A stretch of 64,000 nucleotides of DNA from the IMG/VR virus record IMGVR_UViG_3300044638_007100; one strand, 5' to 3'. The notes under the pieces were generated by a model. It was not told where the DNA came from and ran no database searches. It saw nothing but the letters and a program-made list of their open reading frames with translations. The stretch is from a virus. Below are positions 13,424 through 23,822 of this stretch, in pieces (positions within the stretch are counted from its first letter, which is position 1; every line of letters begins with the position of its first letter). Both the position numbers and the translations under genes were made by a program.

Positions 13424-15721
13424 TCAGATTTTGCAACTTTCACAATCGTCTTCGCCAGAACTCATAATGTCATCAAGAAGAGATTGAAGTTGTTGTTTTG
13501 GTTCTTCAACTTCATCTGTCTTATTATCATAAGTGTTTTGATAGTATGCTGTTTTATGCCCCAATTTGAAACAAGTAAGCATATCCTGTGCCATTACGCT
13601 AACAGGAACCTCATTGTTCTCATAATTCTCTGGGTTATATGACCAGTTTCCAGAAATCGCCTGATCAAAGAATTTTTGCATAACAGCAACAATATTGATA
13701 TAACCACGATTGCTAGGCATATCCCAAAGAAGCGTATAATTGTTCTTAAGAGTATGATACTGTGGAACAATCTGCTTGAGCGGTCCCTTCTTCGACTTCT
13801 TAACGGACAGATATCCTCTGGGAGGTTCAATTCCGTTTGTTGCATTTGACACAACGGAACTACTCTCCGATGGCATCTGTGCGGACAGTGTTGAGTTCCT
13901 AACTCCATACTGTTTGACCTGTGCTCTAAGACTTTCCCAATCATACTTCAGATTATTTGGAACGATTTCATCAACGTCAGTTTTGTATGTATCAATGGGC
14001 AAAATACCATTACCATACTTGGTGCGATGAGAGTATTCACAGGCACCCTTTTCTTTAGCAAGATTGACAGTTGCCTGAATGAGATAGTATTGGAATGCCT
14101 CAGTCAGATCGTGAACTAATTGCCATGCCCCAGGATCGGCATAATTCTGCCCGTGCTTGGCAAGATAATGTGCCAAACCAATATAACCTACGCCAAGTGA
14201 CCTACGTGCTCTGGTGGCGATTTCTGCTGCTTTGACGGGGTATCTTTGAAAATCAATAAGTTCATCAAGACTCCTAACAGCAAGATCACAAAGAACTTCA
14301 AGATCTTCATTACTTTTAATTTTACCAACATTAATAGCAGAAAGAATACAAAGAGCAATTTCCCCATTTGGATCATCAATATGTTGAATCGGTTTTGTTG
14401 GAAGTGTGATTTCCTGACAAAGATTACTCATCTCAACTTTATCCATAAAGGAAGAGTGAGAGTTGCAGTGGTCAATATTCATAATGTAAATACGACCAGT
14501 TTCGGCACGTTCTTTTAGAAGATCCAGAAATAATTCTTGAGCGCCGATAGTTTTTCTTGGAATAGATCCATCTCGTTCATAACCCACATAAAGGTCGTCA
14601 AATCGATCAGTGCCAAAAGCATCATAAAGACCAGGAACGTCGTGTGGGGAGAAGAGTGTGATTTCTCCGTTTTGAATGAATCGTTCATAGAAAATTTTGC
14701 TGATTTGGATACTGTAGTCTAACTTACGAACACGGTTATCTTCGGTTCCTTTGTTATTTTTTAATACTAGGATGTCTTGGATTTCTTGGTGCCAGATTGG
14801 AAAGTGGACAGTTGCTGATCCACCACGGATGCCGTTTTGAGTGCAAGATCTGACAGTTGCCTGAAACTTTTGGAGGAATGGGATAACACCTGTATGAATA
14901 ACTTCTCCCCCTCTGATTTTACTGTTGATGCCACGGATTCTACCTGCATTGATGCCAATTCCTGCTCTTTGAGCAACATACCTAAAAATTGCAGAATCAC
15001 TAGACTCGATACTAGGCAAGGTGTCATCGACATCAACAAGAACGCAACTTGCATATTGGCGAAGTGGGGTTCTAACACCTGCCATGATTGGTGTGGGAAT
15101 GTTGATTTTATGTTTGGAGATTGCGTCATAATATCTCTTAACGTAATCTAGACGAGTTTCTTTTGGATACTTAGAAAAAATAGTTGCTGAAATCAAAAGG
15201 TACATAAACTGTGGGGTCTCATAAAGAGCACCACTACTCCTATCTTGAACAAGATACTTGTCCACTACTTGTCTAAGTCCTGCATAAGTGAACAAGTAGT
15301 CACGATCATGATCAATAAACGACTCAAGTTTCTCAAATTCTTCATCTGTGTAAAGATCAAGAATTTCTGAATCATAAACTCCGTCATCAACACAATCAAG
15401 AACGTGTTGCTTTACGGTTGGGAATTCATGCATACGTCCAAACAATTGCTTGCGAAGAGCAAACAGAAGAAGACGAGCAGCAACAAATTGATAATTAGGA
15501 TGATCCAGATCAATCAAATCAGAAGCAGAACGAATCAGAATTTCCTGAACCTCTGCTGTAGTAATTCCATCATAAAACTGAATTCCAGATTGCATTTCAA
15601 CTTGAGATGCAGAAACTCCAGCAAGATCCTTACAGGATTCTTCCACCATAACATGAAGTTTATTCAAATCAAGTGGTTCAGTATTTCCATTTCTTTTAGT
15701 GACTTTTGTTCCGTTGCTCAT
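13424..15721 (-). CDS. nrdA: Ribonucleotide reductase class Ia alpha subunit
   Basis: ATP cone, SCV, SNLCQEI, MPSESSS and C-terminal CxxC; ATGA overlap with the primase. Confidence 0.97.
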   Translation of the reverse strand: MSNGTKVTKRNGNTEPLDLNKLHVMVEESCKDLAGVSASQVEMQSGIQFYDGITTAEVQEILIRSASDLIDLDHPNYQFVAARLLLFALRKQLFGRMHEFPTVKQHVLDCVDDGVYDSEILDLYTDEEFEKLESFIDHDRDYLFTYAGLRQVVDKYLVQDRSSGALYETPQFMYLLISATIFSKYPKETRLDYVKRYYDAISKHKINIPTPIMAGVRTPLRQYASCVLVDVDDTLPSIESSDSAIFRYVAQRAGIGINAGRIRGINSKIRGGEVIHTGVIPFLQKFQATVRSCTQNGIRGGSATVHFPIWHQEIQDILVLKNNKGTEDNRVRKLDYSIQISKIFYERFIQNGEITLFSPHDVPGLYDAFGTDRFDDLYVGYERDGSIPRKTIGAQELFLDLLKERAETGRIYIMNIDHCNSHSSFMDKVEMSNLCQEITLPTKPIQHIDDPNGEIALCILSAINVGKIKSNEDLEVLCDLAVRSLDELIDFQRYPVKAAEIATRARRSLGVGYIGLAHYLAKHGQNYADPGAWQLVHDLTEAFQYYLIQATVNLAKEKGACEYSHRTKYGNGILPIDTYKTDVDEIVPNNLKYDWESLRAQVKQYGVRNSTLSAQMPSESSSVVSNATNGIEPPRGYLSVKKSKKGPLKQIVPQYHTLKNNYTLLWDMPSNRGYINIVAVMQKFFDQAISGNWSYNPENYENNEVPVSVMAQDMLTCFKLGHKTAYYQNTYDNKTDEVEEPKQQLQSLLDDIMSSGEDDCESCKI

Positions 15722-16716
15722 ATTTTCTTCCAATTGTTAAATTTGATTTTTGCTTCTAAACCTGAATATGTACTTGATTTTAACATATCCATAACGTTAT
15801 GTCCAGCGAGCACCATATCATTAATATCCTTTTGCTCTATGAATAATGGCCAAATAATTACCTTGTCTCCTCTGTTGATGGTTTTTGATATTCGGTTGAC
15901 GATTTCTCGATTACGTGGTTCGTTATCATAAACGTAAATATAATCGCACCAACCAAACGACCTAATATCAATATCGGACCCACACATAGCAATAGAGTTT
16001 TGTATGAACGTAGAGTCGAAAGGTCCTTCAACGATGTAAATGGGTTCCGAAGAATCCACTTGGTTGAGTCCATAAATTTTTGGTGCATCATCAGAAATCA
16101 TTACAGTGATGTATTTATTTGGAGAATAACCAAGTGCTCTTCCCTGAAATCCAATCAACTTAGAGTCAATTCCATATAAAGGTATAATAATGCGACTCTC
16201 ATCTTTATCAGTAGAATCAAATGTCTGTTTTTGAGTATTTGTCCACTCTTTAAATTTGTGAGCAAAGTAAAACTTTTCTGGGTTTATCTTTCTCTTCTCC
16301 AAATACTCTCTGGCAACTGGAATCTCTGATGCCTTTGGTAGATCCAACTTTTTCACGTTTTTGGAATTTTCACGTTTTATGAAAAAGTCTGGTTTCTGAA
16401 AATTGAACTTGGGTTCCTCGACCACAAAGTTCTTACCAGTATGCCCCTCCTTAAACTTCTCCATTGTATATTGCTTATGAAGAGTTGGATCTAGTTCTTT
16501 TAGAAAATTATTGAACGATAAACTAGCACCACAGTTGTGACACTTGAAATTAGTATTGTTCTTTACGGGATATAAGTATCCTCTAGTCTTATTCTTGTTC
16601 TTCTGAGAATCGCCACAAATAGGGCAGCGGAAGTTGTAGAGATCCGCCTTGACCCTTTTGAATTTCTGCAATCTTGAAGAAACTAGTCCGATGTATTTTG
16701 AGTCAATAAAATCCAT
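15718..16716 (-). CDS. gp61: DNA primase
   Basis: CPICGDS...CHNCG zinc ribbon; VEGPFDS TOPRIM. Confidence 0.95.
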   Translation of the reverse strand: MDFIDSKYIGLVSSRLQKFKRVKADLYNFRCPICGDSQKNKNKTRGYLYPVKNNTNFKCHNCGASLSFNNFLKELDPTLHKQYTMEKFKEGHTGKNFVVEEPKFNFQKPDFFIKRENSKNVKKLDLPKASEIPVAREYLEKRKINPEKFYFAHKFKEWTNTQKQTFDSTDKDESRIIIPLYGIDSKLIGFQGRALGYSPNKYITVMISDDAPKIYGLNQVDSSEPIYIVEGPFDSTFIQNSIAMCGSDIDIRSFGWCDYIYVYDNEPRNREIVNRISKTINRGDKVIIWPLFIEQKDINDMVLAGHNVMDMLKSSTYSGLEAKIKFNNWKKI

Positions 16717-16738
16717 TCACATGGTCATCAGGACTCCT

Positions 16739-16767
16739 AGTTTAACACAAGATTATGAGGTTGTCAA
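16739..16767 (-). promoter_or_regulatory. sigma70 promoter for primase-nrdAB
   Basis: TTGACA-17-TAAACT; the -35 overlaps the upstream TGA stop. Confidence 0.7.
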
Positions 16768-17201
16768 TCGGAAACATTTTGCTGATGCAAGTGCCCCTGG
16801 CGCTGCATTTGCATTTCTGATGGTGTCCACCAACCTGATAAGAGAGAAGCAAATGCTCCAATTAAAACAACTAAAAGAACTCCACAACCTGCAGTCATCC
16901 ACTTAATTTTTGAAACATCATCAATTTCGTTTTCAAGATCATCCATTCTTTTAGATAATGCGGCAGAATTTTCTTTATTTTCAGATTTCAAATCTTCAAT
17001 CATTTTGATAATAATTTGATCATTCTTATAATTCTGATCAATTCTTTCGTCATGCTTAGTAAGAATCGTCGCTATCCGATTATTACTTTCGGATATTTTG
17101 TCTACTGCCGATTCTAGCTTTGATAGCATCTCGCGGGAAAGATCTTCGTACATACTGAGTTTTGATTCAAGAACCGCTAATTTTGATACTTGACTGAACA
17201 T
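16764..17201 (-). CDS. Coiled-coil protein with C-terminal TM segment
   Basis: Heptad-rich sequence; hydrophobic GVLLVVLIGAFASLL. Confidence 0.75.
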   Translation of the reverse strand: MFSQVSKLAVLESKLSMYEDLSREMLSKLESAVDKISESNNRIATILTKHDERIDQNYKNDQIIIKMIEDLKSENKENSAALSKRMDDLENEIDDVSKIKWMTAGCGVLLVVLIGAFASLLSGWWTPSEMQMQRQGHLHQQNVSD

Positions 17202-17254
17202 CTCTCTAAAGTTGTAAGTTACTTTTTAATAATGTAACCCATTTCTTATATTTA

Positions 17255-17464
17255 TTATGGTTTTCTTCTTTGCATCCTGGCAAGATTTTTAAAGAAGGGA
17301 TTCCAACTTCTATGTTTTCTTAAATCAACTGGGGGACTGTCCCCAGCTTGACTAGTTCCTGCTATTTTACCACCAGAAAGAGAATTTGTTGGCCCTCCAG
17401 AAACAACTCCACCTTCCTCTTTCAAATTGTGAATAATTTGTATCAATTTATCTACTTTATTCAT
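17255..17464 (-). CDS. Hypothetical protein
   Basis: TAATG coupling to the upstream gene; starts MNKVDKL. Confidence 0.65.
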   Translation of the reverse strand: MNKVDKLIQIIHNLKEEGGVVSGGPTNSLSGGKIAGTSQAGDSPPVDLRKHRSWNPFFKNLARMQRRKP

Positions 17465-17835
17465 TAGATTATTTGGAGTTGAGAAAGACATTCTTCATCT
17501 TCTATAATATCGTGAATTTGAGTTTTCGGATATTCGGGAAGACGATTTAAAAATAAAAGAAAACTTTTTATAAAAGGCCAAAGTTCTCTATCTAAATTAT
17601 AAAAAAGCAATGGAACCGCAGCATCATTAAAAACATTAAAAAGAACGGTAAGGTGATTTAATATTAAATGAGTCTTTAAAATTCCAGTATTTTTGTATTT
17701 TTTTAAAAGTCTTTTAATGTATTTAATTCTCTTCAAATCATCCTCAAAATCTTCTTTTGTTAAAGCTTGAGGATTATTATAGAATTTTATAGCAAATAGC
17801 AAATAATTATCTTGATTCAATTCATCAAATCTCAT
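17464..17835 (-). CDS. Conserved T4-like hypothetical protein
   Basis: MRFDELNQDNYLLFAIKFY...EDLKRIKYIKRL family recognised. Confidence 0.8.
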   Translation of the reverse strand: MRFDELNQDNYLLFAIKFYNNPQALTKEDFEDDLKRIKYIKRLLKKYKNTGILKTHLILNHLTVLFNVFNDAAVPLLFYNLDRELWPFIKSFLLFLNRLPEYPKTQIHDIIEDEECLSQLQII

Positions 17836-17844
17836 ATGTTATTA

Positions 17845-18411
17845 TCAGCTATCTGGATATCTGGTATCGTCATCAGCATCGCCAGTAATACTACTACCAG
17901 CAACTAATGTTTCGGTTTTAACTCTGAAGTTTCCGTGACTATCAATATATGTAGTAACACCAACCCAACCAGCGTGAGTGGGAGCATACTTACGAGCATC
18001 TCCAGTTGCAGCATTTGCAACACTTACTTCTTCTGTACTTACACCGACAACGGCAGTGAATACTGGACTTGTTGAATATCCGACAGTCTTGGACTGTGGT
18101 GCTCTATAAACCGAATCTACAACGGCATAAAGTGGTTCTTCGGAAATAAAGTATGAAGTTCCGGCAGGAACAGTTGTAAGACCAGAAACAAAACCTTCGG
18201 TAGAAGCAATTGAAATAGTTGTGGAAGTAAATCCGGTTATTACTGCATAACCATAAGTTGCTCCAGCACCAACCGTAATCACATCACTAGTTGAAATACC
18301 TGAAGTTGTAAATGTAACAACACCAACAGTACCAGTTACTGTTTTGGTGCCAAGATTAACGGCAACAGTACCGTCAGAATAAACTAAATCTTTATTACCC
18401 CAAAGAGACAT
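17845..18411 (-). CDS. Putative virion structural protein
   Basis: MSLWG...GWVGVTTYIDSHGNFRVKTETLVA; TATAAATA at 18441-18448. Confidence 0.75.
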   Translation of the reverse strand: MSLWGNKDLVYSDGTVAVNLGTKTVTGTVGVVTFTTSGISTSDVITVGAGATYGYAVITGFTSTTISIASTEGFVSGLTTVPAGTSYFISEEPLYAVVDSVYRAPQSKTVGYSTSPVFTAVVGVSTEEVSVANAATGDARKYAPTHAGWVGVTTYIDSHGNFRVKTETLVAGSSITGDADDDTRYPDS

Positions 18412-18498
18412 GTGTCTTACCCTTAATTCTTTTATATTGATATTTATAAAAAAAGGAGACCTTAAGTTTGGTCTCCCTGTTTATTTAAAGTAATATTA

Positions 18499-18687
18499 TC
18501 ATCCAGCACTTTTGGACTTCAAGTATTTTTGTACCTGAATAATAACAAAGGAAACAATTCCATTTGCCTTAACTCTTGAATCTGCTCCAAGAACCTCAGA
18601 AATTGCCAAAAGAATACCAAGAATAAGTTGAACATTTGCTGCACTTAATCCATTACCAATAGTTGCTAGTAAGAATGCGGTAGTCAT
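18499..18687 (-). CDS. Small membrane protein
   Basis: Hydrophobic 62-aa ORF. Confidence 0.6.
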   Translation of the reverse strand: MTTAFLLATIGNGLSAANVQLILGILLAISEVLGADSRVKANGIVSFVIIQVQKYLKSKSAG

Positions 18688-18728
18688 AATAATCTCCGTG
18701 TGAAAGAGTATCCTGTACTATTTAGGAA

Positions 18729-20294
18729 TCAATCAAATCTTGAGTGCATCATGTCGTCATTTGCTGCTAGTGATCTTCTTCTTCTTCTTTCTGCAACGTT
18801 ATCTGCCGGAGTCACTGCTGGTCTTTGAGGTTCTACAGGACCTGTACGATCTTTTTTTACTCCTCTTCCTTGTTTATGCTGAGCAACAGTCCCACCACTT
18901 CTAGTCATAAATCCTGTTTCATTTTGACCTCTTACAATCATCAAAGCTGGATCTGGTTTACGTCTTGGTTTACCTTCTTCCTTCCTTTGTCTTGTTCTTT
19001 CATCAATTATTTCACCTTCTGGTTCATAAGATGCTGCCATCACAATAGGATTTTTTACTCCCATTGATTGCAATTTACTAGCAATCAAACTTTTGGTTGT
19101 TGGAAGTGATCTTTTATCAATTTCCTTTTTATTATTTTCACTACCACATTCAGATTCTTCTTTCATTGCTTGCTTACGAATTGAAGCAAAATAAACTTTT
19201 TTTCCATTTTCTGTACCATATTGGTCTTGCATTGATGCTTTCATGCCAGAAGAGTCATACTTTTTCTTTAGTTTTTTTTCTTTTGTTTTTGCTGCTTTTG
19301 TCATCTTTTTTTCCTGAAGCATTCCAAGAAACTTAGAATATCCAGTTTCAGAAATTACTTCACCACTCAATTCAGTATGTGCCAACACAGTATTGTTTGG
19401 ATTTACTGTAATTTTATTTTTTTTATTCGCAGGTAAAATATCTATTTGAACATTATTTGAATCTTGATTCAAATATTCTGAAGCATCAGTTTGAGGTAAA
19501 TTTGACATTTTTGATACTTCACCAATAAATTCTTCCTTTACACTTGAAGTATCTTTTCCGTCAGGTTTTCCACCTCTTCTACGTTGAATTGCATTATGAA
19601 CTGCTCCAGCATGTTCCTTTGCACCACTTTCAACTTTACCATCACCATCATAATCTTTCTTTGCTCTTTTACCAAGAACTTCGGCAGTTTTTTCACCTTT
19701 AGTTCTTTCACCTTCATATGGATCTCCATATTCGGTCATTTCAACCTCTAGTCCTCGTGCTCTAAGTTGACTAATTTTTTCACGAGTTGCATATCTAACA
19801 TAAGTAACACTATTTTCCTTATCAGTGACTCTTACCTTATACTTTTTAGATTCTGAGGTTTGATTTGCGTCTTCCTCTAATCTACTCTTAATTTCATCAA
19901 TATCAATGACTTCATTTTTCTTTTCTACAAATACTTTATAAAGTGCTTTTGCCATTGAACTGGATGCAGATTCTTTCATATCCATACTAAAGTCTTCTGC
20001 TTGCATTCCCTCAGATCCACCAAAAAGTTTTTTTCTTACTTCCGATTTTTCTGCTTCGCCCATTGAACTATTTTGCATAAACTGAGAGTATGCAGATCTC
20101 AATGGAATATTTTCTCTTCTTGCACGATAACGAATATCATATACTGCTTGTCTAATTTTTTGTTCTGGCGTTTTTTCTCCCCCCTTATCATCATCTCTAC
20201 CAGAATCTCTACTTTCTGGTTTCTTATTTTGGGAAGATAATTGTGCCTGGGGATGACTTCTTGCAGGAAGATCTTCAGCAATATGTTTTTTCAT
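18729..20294 (-). CDS. Modular charged protein (putative head-associated)
   Basis: 521 aa; EQKIRQAVYDIRYRARRE and KKDYDGDGKVES modules separated by xxE sites. Confidence 0.8.
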   Translation of the reverse strand: MKKHIAEDLPARSHPQAQLSSQNKKPESRDSGRDDDKGGEKTPEQKIRQAVYDIRYRARRENIPLRSAYSQFMQNSSMGEAEKSEVRKKLFGGSEGMQAEDFSMDMKESASSSMAKALYKVFVEKKNEVIDIDEIKSRLEEDANQTSESKKYKVRVTDKENSVTYVRYATREKISQLRARGLEVEMTEYGDPYEGERTKGEKTAEVLGKRAKKDYDGDGKVESGAKEHAGAVHNAIQRRRGGKPDGKDTSSVKEEFIGEVSKMSNLPQTDASEYLNQDSNNVQIDILPANKKNKITVNPNNTVLAHTELSGEVISETGYSKFLGMLQEKKMTKAAKTKEKKLKKKYDSSGMKASMQDQYGTENGKKVYFASIRKQAMKEESECGSENNKKEIDKRSLPTTKSLIASKLQSMGVKNPIVMAASYEPEGEIIDERTRQRKEEGKPRRKPDPALMIVRGQNETGFMTRSGGTVAQHKQGRGVKKDRTGPVEPQRPAVTPADNVAERRRRRSLAANDDMMHSRFD

Positions 20295-20311
20295 ATGAAG
20301 AATTTAACGTT

Positions 20312-21538
20312 TTACTTTTTCCTATTTTTATTTATCATATTTACACTATAAGGTTTTCCAGGAAGTCTCATCAATTTGGACATATACTTTTCAGAGTATG
20401 ATTCCTTAACATCTTTGATCCAGGATTTAAACATCATACCACCTTCAGATACGCAAATTAAATAATTTGTTCCTCTACGAGTTATCTTACCTATCATTCC
20501 AGTATTTAAATTTTCTACAAAAGTTCCAAGTTTAAAAATATTTCCATCAATATAATTTTCTCTTAAAGATTGTAAATCATATTCTGGAGCAATTTCCCAA
20601 ATATTATATCCTTCTTGTTGCATTTCCAAAATTCCCATTCCTTGACGAACCAAATCAAAAAGTTGCAACGCATCTTTATTTTTAATTTTAGGAGGAAGTC
20701 CAGAACGAAATGTCATAAAATCACCTTCAGCAGCAGCAAGTCTAAGTCTAGATGAAGATAATCCTTCTACATTTTTAGTATCTGGATCCTCATTTTCCAA
20801 AGGCAATACTTCAATTACATCAAACTGATATAGTTGCCCATTATAATTATTTGCCAATTTTTCAAATTCTTTTGATCTATCAGATCCACATACAATCCTT
20901 ACATTAGTATAACCATCATTATGAACCTTTTTTAAAACATCAAAGATTGATATAAAATTTGCATCATTTACAATTCTTTCACTATGATCTGGAAAAATCT
21001 TTCTCATAAATGATATTTTGGTATCAGGATCTAATGGATTCTTTTTTGCATCATAACTTCTAGATGGTACAACAATATAATCCCCATCCTCTTCCATTGC
21101 AATCATTGCAGCAGTATCCATCAATTGCTGATGCCCCACGGTTGGAGGATTGAAACGACCAAAAGCAATTGTTAGAGTTCCTTTAGTTTTTGGAACTGCT
21201 GGAGGAGTTATAACTGGTTCTTGTTGAGGAACAGGTTCTTCTTGAGGAACAGGTTCTTGCTGAACTGCCTGCTGTTCTGGTGGAATCTGAGGTGTTTGTT
21301 GAGTAGGATAAGAAGATCCCAATGGGATATTTTTTTCAAATTCAGATTGAGATGGATCTTTTCCACCAATAATTTGCCTTTTATTAAAATACTTTAATTG
21401 TCCACTGACAGTTTTTGCTTCAAACTCGCCAGTGGCTCTATTATACCATCCACCATGGCCATCACCAACAAGTCCAAGTCTTTTTGCTTGAACTGATGCT
21501 GAGGTTGCTTCAGTTATAAACTGGAGAAATGTTTTCAT
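20312..21538 (-). CDS. Cytidyltransferase-family (HxGH) protein with capsid-targeting-like N-terminus
   Basis: FGRFNPPTVGH, GSDR and SSSRLR motifs; starts MKTFLQFITEA. Confidence 0.85.
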   Translation of the reverse strand: MKTFLQFITEATSASVQAKRLGLVGDGHGGWYNRATGEFEAKTVSGQLKYFNKRQIIGGKDPSQSEFEKNIPLGSSYPTQQTPQIPPEQQAVQQEPVPQEEPVPQQEPVITPPAVPKTKGTLTIAFGRFNPPTVGHQQLMDTAAMIAMEEDGDYIVVPSRSYDAKKNPLDPDTKISFMRKIFPDHSERIVNDANFISIFDVLKKVHNDGYTNVRIVCGSDRSKEFEKLANNYNGQLYQFDVIEVLPLENEDPDTKNVEGLSSSRLRLAAAEGDFMTFRSGLPPKIKNKDALQLFDLVRQGMGILEMQQEGYNIWEIAPEYDLQSLRENYIDGNIFKLGTFVENLNTGMIGKITRRGTNYLICVSEGGMMFKSWIKDVKESYSEKYMSKLMRLPGKPYSVNMINKNRKK

Positions 21539-21603
21539 TCTTTAATATATTATAAATCTAATAAGATCTGTATAATATATTTATTCATTAATGAAAACTG
21601 CGT

Positions 21604-22011
21604 TCATCTTATAGGCATAAGATCAAATAGTTCTGGGTGTAGGGAACCATATTTTCTCATGATTTCACCTGCTTTTGCATTTGCTTGATTCTCTAATGGA
21701 CTTCCGGCATGAGAACTTCTATGATGAATACTTCTTTCCGTATGTTGTTTATAATGAACAAACTCATGAGCAAGGGTTCTTAAGATATCCATGGGATGAC
21801 GATTAACAACGCTTAGATGAATTGCATTTTTGTTTGATATTTGACCAAATGCTTTAATTGTTTTTGCGAAGTCTGCATCATCCACAAGAATAACTGGAAT
21901 ATCATAAGTAAGTTGAAGTTCTCTTTTAAGGAAGATCTTAAAACTTTTAAGAATTAAATCAAATTGAATTCTTGTAGTTGGTCTTCCTTTTCTTTTTCCA
22001 ATCAAGGACAT
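21604..22011 (-). CDS. HExxH metallopeptidase-like protein
   Basis: RTLAHEFVHYKQ...ENQANA. Confidence 0.65.
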   Translation of the reverse strand: MSLIGKRKGRPTTRIQFDLILKSFKIFLKRELQLTYDIPVILVDDADFAKTIKAFGQISNKNAIHLSVVNRHPMDILRTLAHEFVHYKQHTERSIHHRSSHAGSPLENQANAKAGEIMRKYGSLHPELFDLMPIR

Positions 22012-22026
22012 TTTTTGAAATATTTA

Positions 22027-22443
22027 TTATCTATCGTCAGCAGCACGGTTTTCTGAAAAATAAACATCAAAAGCACCTTCAGGATAACGCTTGAGAAGTT
22101 TTTGTACGTTACGAGCAACGACATCATCAAGAGTTACATTAAGTGCAATACAAGCTTGAGCAACATACCACATAATATCACCCAGTTCAATGATCAAGTG
22201 CTCGCGGTTGTCTTCATTATAAGGTTTCCCCTGAAAGACCATTTTCTTAATGATCTCAAGGAATTCTCCACCTTCGGCATTGATACCAACACCTGCGGTA
22301 AGAAGACGTTCAATATTAGCACCTTTCTCATCCAGTTGAACCAAACGATCAGAAAGAGCAAGAAAATCTTTAGATGCGTCACTTGTGACTATATCTACAA
22401 ACTCAGCATATTTATTAAAATTAACGTGTCTAGCAGTTTCCAT
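22027..22443 (-). CDS. mazG: MazG-like NTP pyrophosphohydrolase
   Basis: EGGEFLEIIKK...ELGDIMWY...KLLKRYP. Confidence 0.9.
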   Translation of the reverse strand: METARHVNFNKYAEFVDIVTSDASKDFLALSDRLVQLDEKGANIERLLTAGVGINAEGGEFLEIIKKMVFQGKPYNEDNREHLIIELGDIMWYVAQACIALNVTLDDVVARNVQKLLKRYPEGAFDVYFSENRAADDR

Positions 22444-23822
22444 TAAAATTTAAATCCCTCAAATGATTTTTTTAGTTTCTTTTCTTCACTATCATTATAC
22501 TCCTCTTCTTGTCCAGTGTCAACTATGTCTTTTTGTGCAGATTGTTCGCAGTCATAGAGACGCATTTTAGCACGATCAATACCAACAACAAAACGCTTGT
22601 AAATGGTTGGATCATTATATCGGTTCTTAAGTTGTTTCACCATAATTTGCCCCAAACCTTCTAGATCTTCGGTACTAATAAGGGCAAACATAAGATCAGC
22701 AGTAGCAGGAAGACCAAAGGATTCAGAAGTATCAGTAAGTTCAACATCAGAGTTACCAAAACCACTACGAGTGGTCTGAGTAGCGGAGACAATTGGGACA
22801 TTAAACTCAACGGCGAGTCCTCTAAGTTCTTCCGCAATTGATTTGATATATGAATAAGAATTGATAGAACTGTTTGCCTTGTGCCTAGAGGAAGCACAAA
22901 TATTAAGGTAATCAATAAAAATAATATCAGGTCGGAATGACTTCTTAAGTGCAAGTTCATTAAGTAATGCCTTAAAGTGTCCACTATGAGCAGAAGCAGT
23001 AGGATATTCTTTGATGATCAAAGTTCCTTGAGTTTTCTTTGCAAGATTTGTAACCTTAGTTTCAAAAGTAGAACGAGGAAGATCTGATAACTCCTGAATA
23101 TTTACATTCAGAAGGTTTGCATCAATTCGTTCAGCAATTTTCTCTTCTGCCATTTCAAGCGTAATGTACAGAACATTCCGTCCTTGGAGCAAGACGGAGC
23201 TAGCCACATGGCACATGAATAGAGATTTCCCGACACCCGTACCAGCAAGTGCGATATTGAGAGTTTTGTTAGGGAGACCACCTTTTGTGATTTTGTTAAA
23301 GTATTCAAGATCAAATTCAATTTTATCCTCCTTTCTGTGATAGTACTCATATCGCTCTTCATAGTTATTTAAGTAATCGTGTCCAATATTATTGTCAAAA
23401 CTGACAGCAAGAGCATCAGAAAGAATACTGGGAATAGCATCACGATTCTTTTTTTCATTATTTCCATCAGCAATGTGAATGGATTCCATAAGTGCCAGAT
23501 AAATGGCACGATCACGACACCACTTCTCAGTAGTATCTATCAACCAAGTCTTATCGACAGGAGCATCATTTAAACTCTTGTTGATCTCCCTGATCTCTTT
23601 GATTTGATCTTCTGTTAAATCAGTTCGGTTCTCGACTTCGATTCCGAGTGCTTCGATTGTGATTGCCGAACCATATTTAACAATAAACTGGACAATTTCC
23701 TCAAAAATGACCTTTTCGGATTTTTGCTCAAAATAATCTGGTTGTATGAAAGGTATGACCTTACGCGAGTAATCTTCATTAAATACTAGGTTTCTGAGAA
23801 TAGTTGTTTCAATTTTTTCCAT
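22443..23822 (-). CDS. gp41: Replicative DNA helicase
   Basis: AGTGVGKS, IFIDYLN, SATQTTR and QLKNRY motifs. Confidence 0.96.
   Translation of the reverse strand: MEKIETTILRNLVFNEDYSRKVIPFIQPDYFEQKSEKVIFEEIVQFIVKYGSAITIEALGIEVENRTDLTEDQIKEIREINKSLNDAPVDKTWLIDTTEKWCRDRAIYLALMESIHIADGNNEKKNRDAIPSILSDALAVSFDNNIGHDYLNNYEERYEYYHRKEDKIEFDLEYFNKITKGGLPNKTLNIALAGTGVGKSLFMCHVASSVLLQGRNVLYITLEMAEEKIAERIDANLLNVNIQELSDLPRSTFETKVTNLAKKTQGTLIIKEYPTASAHSGHFKALLNELALKKSFRPDIIFIDYLNICASSRHKANSSINSYSYIKSIAEELRGLAVEFNVPIVSATQTTRSGFGNSDVELTDTSESFGLPATADLMFALISTEDLEGLGQIMVKQLKNRYNDPTIYKRFVVGIDRAKMRLYDCEQSAQKDIVDTGQEEEYNDSEEKKLKKSFEGFKF
22494..22522 (-). promoter_or_regulatory. Consensus sigma70 promoter inside the gp41 coding sequence
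   Basis: TTGACA-17-TATAAT spelled by codons V-D-T-G-Q-E-E-E-Y-N. Confidence 0.7.
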
